From the NCBI GenBank assembly GCA_963701965.1, contig OY969695.1:96001-160000 (forward strand): DNA of 64,000 nucleotides. Reading direction: 5' to 3'. Source of the stretch: an uncultured Gemmatimonadales bacterium. Its GTDB lineage: Bacteria; Gemmatimonadota; Gemmatimonadetes; Gemmatimonadales; Gemmatimonadaceae. Shown here in pieces: positions 57,599 through 64,000 of this stretch. Each line of letters opens with the position of its first letter. The first letter of the stretch is position 1. Below the pieces are notes generated by a model. It was not told the DNA's origin and made no database searches. It saw nothing but the letters and a program-made list of their open reading frames with translations. A program made the position numbers and the translations under genes.

Positions 57599-58675
57599 TC
57601 AGACGCCCTGCGGCCGGCTCAGCGTCTGCATCCGGTCGATCGCATGCACCGGCAGGCGCATGGTCATGCCGTCGCGCTGGATCTCGAGGATGACGTCGCG
57701 TTCCGGACGCTCGCCGCGCCAGAGTACGCGGTAGAACGACGCCAGGTCCTTGACCGCCGTGCCATCGACCGCGACCACGACGTCGCCGGGCATCAGGCCC
57801 GCGGCTTCGGCCGGGCTTTCCGGCGAGAAGCGCATCACGCGCAACCGACCGTCGATCTCGACGCAATTGAGGCCGAGCCAAGCGCGGCGGCTGTCGCTCG
57901 AGCTGCCGCGCGCCTTCAGCTCGGGCAGGATCGGCTTGAGCAGATCGACCGGGACGAACATGTTGCCGCGCAGCGCCGGGCCTTCGCCACGGGCGTTGCC
58001 GACGACCAGCGAGCCGACGCCGACGAGCTCGCCGTCGGCGTTGAAGAGAGCCGCGCCGCTGTGGTCGGTGCGCGCCGGCACGGTGAAGAGCGCGCCCTCG
58101 ATGTGGTATTCCCAGTAGCCGGAAAAGGCACGCCGCGAGACCATCCGGGCGATGCTGAGATCGGCGTCGTCGCCACCGCTTGCGATCAGAAGCGGCTCGT
58201 CGTCGGCGATCGCCGCGGAGACGCCGAGACGCACCGGCGCCAGACCGAGCGGTGCAAGCGCCTGGACCAGGCCGAAGCCAGACGCCAGGTCGTAGGCGAC
58301 GACGCGTGCCGGCACGTGCCGCCCGGGCGAGGGCACGAGATCGACGTGATCGGCCTCGAGGATCAGGTAGCCGATCGTCAGGACCAGGCCGTCGTCGCCG
58401 ATCAGGACGCCTGAACCCTGTCGCTCGCGCCCGAGCGTGGCGATCGAGCGCGCGTCTTCGATCGCCGTGACCTCGACGCCGACGACCGCGGCGTTGGCGC
58501 GTGCCAGCGCCTCCTTGTGGGCCTCGATGCGCTCGGCGACCGAGCGCAGGGTCGCCGGCATCGCCGGCGGCGGCTCGGCCGCCGCGGCGGCAACGCAGAG
58601 AACGAGGCAGGCGGCGAGGCCGAGCATCCAGCTCAGCCGGCGCGAGCCGAAGCGGCGCGAAGGACGGTGCGCCAT
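57599..58675 (-). CDS. S1C/HtrA-like protease homologue with PDZ domain (start uncertain)
   Basis: GSGVLI, LTIGYLI, DHSGAALFN, SPAEAAGL PDZ. Confidence 0.85.
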   Translation of the reverse strand: MAHRPSRRFGSRRLSWMLGLAACLVLCVAAAAAEPPPAMPATLRSVAERIEAHKEALARANAAVVGVEVTAIEDARSIATLGRERQGSGVLIGDDGLVLTIGYLILEADHVDLVPSPGRHVPARVVAYDLASGFGLVQALAPLGLAPVRLGVSAAIADDEPLLIASGGDDADLSIARMVSRRAFSGYWEYHIEGALFTVPARTDHSGAALFNADGELVGVGSLVVGNARGEGPALRGNMFVPVDLLKPILPELKARGSSSDSRRAWLGLNCVEIDGRLRVMRFSPESPAEAAGLMPGDVVVAVDGTAVKDLASFYRVLWRGERPERDVILEIQRDGMTMRLPVHAIDRMQTLSRPQGV

Positions 58676-58787
58676 GCGCCGAGCGAACGACGGCTGGACC
58701 ATACGAGCTCCCACGATCTGGGCATCAAGCATGAGCGCTCACCGACGCCGTGCGCGCCGCAGGGGCTTTATGCGGACGATCGGGCGG

Positions 58788-59375
58788 TCAGCGCCGCCCG
58801 AACGGCGCCTGGCCGCGCCAGTAGCGGATCGTCAGCAGGCCGCCGAGCATTCCGCCGAGATGCGCGAAGTGGGCGACGCCCGAGTTCATCACGTAGACCC
58901 CTTGATAGAGCTCGATCAGCCCGTACAGCGCGACCAGGTACTTCGCCTTCATCGGAATGACGAAGAAGAGCAGGATGATCCGGTTCGGAAAGATCATCGC
59001 GAACGCCAGCAGCAGGCCGAAGAGGCCGCCCGAAGCGCCGATCGTCGGCGCCTGCGCGCCGAGCACGTAGTTGACGATCAGCTGGCTCAGCGCCGCGGCG
59101 ACGACGCTCGCGGTGTAGAACTGGATAAAGCGCTTCTGGCCCCAGACCTGCTCGAGCTCGCCGCCGAACATCCACAGGCCCAGCATGTTGAAGAACAGAT
59201 GGTTGAAGTCGAAGTGCAGAAATGAATAGGTGACGATCTGCCAGGGCCAGAAGCCGCCGCCGATCGGCCACAGCGCGAACAGCTGCACGAGGCTGTGGCC
59301 GAGCAGCTGGTCGAGAAAGAAGATCGCGACGTTGGCGAGAAGAAGCGCCTGCGTGACAGGTGGAAGCGGCAACAT
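58788..59375 (-). CDS. Rhomboid family intramembrane serine protease
   Basis: HLFFNM, GASG, AHFAHLGG. Confidence 0.93.
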   Translation of the reverse strand: MLPLPPVTQALLLANVAIFFLDQLLGHSLVQLFALWPIGGGFWPWQIVTYSFLHFDFNHLFFNMLGLWMFGGELEQVWGQKRFIQFYTASVVAAALSQLIVNYVLGAQAPTIGASGGLFGLLLAFAMIFPNRIILLFFVIPMKAKYLVALYGLIELYQGVYVMNSGVAHFAHLGGMLGGLLTIRYWRGQAPFGRR

Positions 59376-59451
59376 GCAAGCGTCCGGCGAGTGAAGGTTG
59401 GCAGCTAGTCTACGGCCCGTGTGGCAAACTGACTGTCTGCTGCAAGCACCG

Positions 59452-59536
59452 GCCTCGGTGGCGAAATTGGTAGACGCGCGGGACTCAAAATCCCGTTCCG
59501 CGAGGAGTGTCGGTTCGATTCCGACCCGAGGCACCA
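59452..59536 (+). tRNA. tRNA-Leu (anticodon CAA)
   Basis: GCCTCGG acceptor pairs with CCGAGGC-ACCA; D-loop TTGGTAGAC; anticodon arm cggga-ctCAAaa-tcccg; long variable arm; GGTTCGATTCC; 85 nt. Confidence 0.97.
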
Positions 59537-59555
59537 GGCGCGGCGGCAACCTTCC

Positions 59556-60473
59556 ATGAGCGACTTCCCGCCGACCTATCCCACGATCGAAGACGTGATC
59601 GGCGCCACGCCGATGGTCCGCCTGGTGCGCTTGCCGGGCGCCGACAATGCGGCGCGCGGCAACGTCATTCTCGGCAAGCTCGAGGGCAACAATCCCGCCG
59701 GCTCGGTCAAGGACCGGCCCGCGATCAGCATGATCCGGCGCGCCGAGGAGCGCGGCACGATCAAGCCCGGCGACACCCTGATCGAGGCGACCTCGGGCAA
59801 CACCGGCATCGCCCTGGCGATGGCGGCGGCGATCCGCGGCTATCGCATGCTGCTGGTCATGCCCGAAGACCTGAGCGTCGAACGCGCGCAGACGATGAAG
59901 GCATTCGGCGCCGAGCTGATCCTGACGCCGCGTTCCGGTGGAATGGAATACGCGCGCGACCTGGCGACGCAGATGGAAAAGGACGGGAAGGGGCGCGTCC
60001 TCGACCAGTTCGCCAACGCCGACAACCCACGCATCCACTACGAGACGACCGGGCCCGAGATCTGGAAAGACACCGGCGGGCGGATCACCCATTTCGTCAG
60101 CGCGATGGGAACCACCGGAACGATCACCGGCGTGTCGCGCTTCCTGCGCGAGAAGAATCCCGCGGTCCGGATCATCGGCGCGCAGCCGAGCGAGGGCTCG
60201 CGCATCCCCGGCATCCGCAAGTGGCCGCAGGAATACCTGCCCAAGATCTACGACCCCAAGGCGGTCGACGAGCTGGTGCTGGTGAGCCAGAGCGACGCCG
60301 AGGAGGTGACCCGGCGGCTCGCGCGCGAAGAGGGCATCTTCGCCGGCATCTCCGCCGCGGGCGCGTGCTGGGTCGCGCTGCAGATCGCCGCGAACGTCGA
60401 GAACGCGACGATCGTTTTCGTCGTCTGCGATCGCGGCGACCGCTATCTCTCGACCGGCGTCTTCCCCGCATGA
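59556..60473 (+). CDS. cysM: Cysteine synthase B
   Basis: KLEGNNPAGSVKDR, EATSGNTG, SAMGTTGT, CDRGDRYLS. Confidence 0.95.
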   Translation: MSDFPPTYPTIEDVIGATPMVRLVRLPGADNAARGNVILGKLEGNNPAGSVKDRPAISMIRRAEERGTIKPGDTLIEATSGNTGIALAMAAAIRGYRMLLVMPEDLSVERAQTMKAFGAELILTPRSGGMEYARDLATQMEKDGKGRVLDQFANADNPRIHYETTGPEIWKDTGGRITHFVSAMGTTGTITGVSRFLREKNPAVRIIGAQPSEGSRIPGIRKWPQEYLPKIYDPKAVDELVLVSQSDAEEVTRRLAREEGIFAGISAAGACWVALQIAANVENATIVFVVCDRGDRYLSTGVFPA

Positions 60474-61034
60474 CGCTTCGAGACCCGGTTCTGCGTCAAT
60501 TGCGCGACCGCGCTGGCGCCGGTCGCGACCCTGGAAGACGGCGGCACCAAGACCCGGCTGCGCTGCCCGGCATGCGGCTGGACGCACTGGAACAACCCGA
60601 CGCCGGTGCTTGCCGCGGTGATCGAGCTGCTCGACCGCGACGGCCAGGTGCTGCTCGCCCGCAACGCCGCCTGGCCGGGCAAGTTCTACGGCCTGATCAC
60701 CGGCTTCATGGAAGCGGGCGAGACGCCCGAGGAAGGGATCGCGCGCGAGGTCGCGGAAGAGACTTCGCTCACGGTCGAATCGCTGTCGCTGATCGGCGTC
60801 TACGAGTTCTTGCGCATGAATCAGGTCATCATTGCCTACCATGCGGCAGCGCGCGGCGAGATCGTGCTCTCGCCCGAGCTCGTCGCCTACCGCTTGTTCG
60901 CGCCGGCCGAGATCCAATGCTGGCCGGCGGGCACCGGGCGCGCGGTCGCCGACTGGCTGCGCTCGCGCGGCATCGAGCCGCGCTGGATGGAACTGCCGCC
61001 CGGCAAGCGGGCAACCGAAGTCGATGTGGATTGA
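60470..61034 (+). CDS. NUDIX hydrolase with N-terminal zinc ribbon (frameshift near start)
   Basis: FCVNC..CPAC..HWNNPTPV, GFMEAGETPEEGIAREVAEET. Confidence 0.88.
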
Positions 61035-61043
61035 GGCCTGACG

Positions 61044-61271
61044 ATGGAAGCGCAAAAGGAAATCGATACCCGCGGCTTGAACTGCCCTTTGCCGATCCTG
61101 AAGGCGAAGAAGGCGCTCGCCGACATGTCGAGCGGCGACGTACTCAAGGTCGTCGCCACCGATCCCGGCTCGGTGCGCGACTTCCAGGCGTTCGCGCGCC
61201 AGACCGGCAACGAGCTGCTCGAGCAATCGAGCGCCAACGACGAATTCGTCCACTATCTGCGGCGCAGGTAG
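61044..61271 (+). CDS. TusA family sulfurtransferase
   Basis: DTRGLNCPLPIL, TDPGSVRDF. Confidence 0.92.
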   Translation: MEAQKEIDTRGLNCPLPILKAKKALADMSSGDVLKVVATDPGSVRDFQAFARQTGNELLEQSSANDEFVHYLRRR

Positions 61272-61286
61272 CGACGACGCGCGCTT

Positions 61287-61639
61287 CAGCGCGCAGTTCG
61301 TGATGGCGCACCATATGGACCTCTTGCGCCCCCGAATTGCCCGGCGTGCCGCCGCCCGGATCGTTGCTGTCGGACAGGAGCACGTCGACGTTGAAGAAGT
61401 TGCCGCCTACTTGTAGCCGCTTGCGCGGGTCAGGCCGAAGATCTTCTTCTTGATGTCGATCGCCGAGCCGTCGGGATTGTTGTCGCAGGGCTCGTGGAAT
61501 TTCGTTCCGTAGCGAACGCTGAGCGAGGAGTCGCTCCAGTCGGCGCCATGGCGAGCGGCGCGGCCGCCAGACCGAGGAGAAGACCGAGCGCCGGAACGGG
61601 CGTGCGCGAACCCGCCTTGCGGCGAACCCTACCTGCCAT
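61287..61639 (-). pseudogene. Truncated remnant of a Tsx-like/outer envelope channel protein
   Basis: Signal peptide, then (across two indels) ADWSDSSLSVRYGTKFHEP..KIFGLTRASGYK/GGNFFNVDVLLSDSNDP..GAQEV; similarity ends there. Family recognised from memory. Confidence 0.6.
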
Positions 61640-61673
61640 GCCTGCCCCTGTTTGTAATTGCGGGGGGACGTTC

Positions 61674-61690
61674 AGCACGATCTATGCCAA
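61674..61690 (-). promoter_or_regulatory. Sigma54-type (-24/-12) promoter
   Basis: Minus strand TTGGCATAGATCGTGCT is GG-N10-GC, about 35 nt upstream of the remnant's ATG. Confidence 0.6.
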
Positions 61691-61727
61691 ATCGATGGCA
61701 CCTGCAGCGCGCGTTCCGCGCGCGTTG

Positions 61728-62595
<868 letters not shown>

Positions 62596-62668
62596 TTATT
62601 TACAATGCCCAAAAAGTCGCCACGATTCTTGCACGCAGGATCGCATCGGCAGGGAAAGGAACGCTTCC

Positions 62669-63664
62669 GTGGACCTGCTCGTCATCGATCCGATCGACGC
62701 CGACGTGATGCGTTGGCTCGGGTCCCGGCATCAGCTCCGCTTCGCGCCCGAGCTCGCGTTCGCTCCGCGCGACTTTCGCCGTGCGCTCTACAACGTCAGG
62801 GCAGTCATCGTGCCGGCGTCGGTCGGCATCGACGCCGAGACACTCGACTTCGCGCCGGTGCTGCGCGCCGTCGGCCGGGTCAGCGCCGGCTCGGAGAACA
62901 TCGACCTGGAAGCGTGCGAGAAACGCAAGGTCGAGGTCGTTCGCAGCCTGACGGCGAGCGCCCGCGCCGAGGCCGAATTCGTGGTCGGCGCGATGCTCGC
63001 CCTGTTCCGACGTGTGCCGGTGCGCGCCTCCGACGGCTCGATCGCCGGCCGCGAGCTCGGCGGCGCGACCATCGGCCTGGTCGGCATGCCGCCGGCGGCG
63101 CGAATGATCGTCCAGCTGCTCGCCGGATTCGGCGTCCGCATCCTCGGCTACGACCCGGCGCTGCACGCGCGCGATCCGTCGTGGGTGCATTGGCAGGTCG
63201 CGCACGCCGGCCTGCGCGAGCTGGTCGAGCGCGCCGACGTCCTCTGCGTCCAGCTCGACTACTTCAGCCGCTACCACGGCCTGCTCGGCGAGCGGTTCCT
63301 GCCGCACAGCAAGATCAACCAGGTGGTCGTGAGCACGGCGCATTCGGGTCTGTTCGACGAGCATGCGCTGGCGACGGCGCTGAGGAGCGGCCGGATCGCC
63401 GCCGCCTGGCTCGACAGCGTCGAGCCTGGCGCCCTCGACCCGCACCGCCCGCTGCACGGCATCGAGACGCTGCAGGTGACGCCGCGGGTCGCGGCAACGA
63501 CGCGCGAGTCGCGTCAGCGCAGCGTCTGGGCGGTGGCGCGCCGGATCGACGAGCTGCTGCTCGAGACGGCGACGACCGTGCCGGGCGAGTTCACCCTGAC
63601 GACGCCCGGAGAGCTCAACCCGACGTCGACTCCAGGCGAGCTCGCTGGTCTCGAAGCCGAGTGA
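62669..63664 (+). CDS. D-isomer-specific 2-hydroxyacid dehydrogenase (SerA-like) homologue with degenerate motifs
   Basis: ENIDLEAC, AEAEFVVG, GRELGGATIGLVG, ILGYDP, GRIAAAWLD, TPRVA. Confidence 0.8.
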   Translation: MDLLVIDPIDADVMRWLGSRHQLRFAPELAFAPRDFRRALYNVRAVIVPASVGIDAETLDFAPVLRAVGRVSAGSENIDLEACEKRKVEVVRSLTASARAEAEFVVGAMLALFRRVPVRASDGSIAGRELGGATIGLVGMPPAARMIVQLLAGFGVRILGYDPALHARDPSWVHWQVAHAGLRELVERADVLCVQLDYFSRYHGLLGERFLPHSKINQVVVSTAHSGLFDEHALATALRSGRIAAAWLDSVEPGALDPHRPLHGIETLQVTPRVAATTRESRQRSVWAVARRIDELLLETATTVPGEFTLTTPGELNPTSTPGELAGLEAE

Positions 63665-64000
63665 CCGTCGCCGTGAAGTCGGCGACGCGCTTCCTCTCCT
63701 GATCGACGACCGCGGCCGGGGCACGGCCGACGAAGCTCTCGTTGCCGAGCTTGGCGTTGGCCTTGCCGATCTCGCCGCCGAGGCGATCGATCTCCTTGGC
63801 CAGGCGCGCGATCTCGGCGCCCCGGTCGATCTTGACGTGCAGGGCGATCCGGGTCGCGCCGATCACCGCGACCGGCGAGTCGCGCGAGGCATCGGCGAAG
63901 CCTGAGTCGTCGTCGAAGATCGTCACCTCGGAGAGGCGCGCCAGCGACTTGAGCAGCGGCGTCGCGCCGCGCACGAAGTCGGCGTCGCCGATCGTGTTCA
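63615..64000 (-). CDS. valS: Valine--tRNA ligase, C-terminal part (runs off window)
   Basis: EIARLAKEIDRL..KLGNESFVGRAPAAVVDQERKR coiled-coil tRNA-binding arm. Confidence 0.93.
   Translation of the reverse strand, partial: NTIGDADFVRGATPLLKSLARLSEVTIFDDDSGFADASRDSPVAVIGATRIALHVKIDRGAEIARLAKEIDRLGGEIGKANAKLGNESFVGRAPAAVVDQERKRVADFTATVTRLRDQRARLESTSG

Noticed and set aside
59452..59560. tRNA as a genomic island integration site
   Set aside because: No integrase and no duplicated tRNA 3' end seen in the window.
62617..62633. Sigma54-like motif TCGCCACGATTCTTGCA upstream of the SerA-like gene
   Set aside because: The invariant -24 GG is GC, so it is not supportable.

Overview
Very GC-rich chromosomal segment of a betaproteobacterium; gene content and order fit Burkholderiales (Rubrivivax/Caldimonas/Comamonadaceae-like, by inference). 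It holds about 70 CDS and one tRNA-Leu(CAA). I found no transposase, integrase, prophage or CRISPR array. Roughly 30 genes, including essential ones (trpS, ftsK), are broken by single-base indels. These are best explained as long-read assembly errors, so many coordinates below are merged across frames and approximate. The prfB +1 programmed frameshift at the left edge is genuine. The housekeeping backbone includes prfB, plsY, trpS, purN, rsmB, desA, rpmBG, trxB-crp-ftsK-lolA-rarA, livHMGF, cysM, tusA, galU and valS. Accessory highlights: (1) a two-compartment sulfite-oxidation locus (soeABC + sorT/sorU-like + SulP); (2) a 13-kb xanthomonadin/aryl-polyene-type cluster with a flavin-dependent halogenase-like gene and an embedded MipA/OmpV gene but no ketosynthase or chain-length factor; (3) an orphan NodF/NodE-like ACP+ketosynthase pair inserted between lolA and rarA about 6 kb away, which may supply the missing activity; (4) a CsgG/HfaB-like two-gene cassette; (5) a Bug-Rieske oxygenase-hydroxyacid dehydrogenase operon; (6) a D-2-hydroxyacid dehydrogenase homologue whose catalytic Arg/His appear swapped; (7) a truncated outer-membrane channel gene that keeps a sigma54-type promoter.
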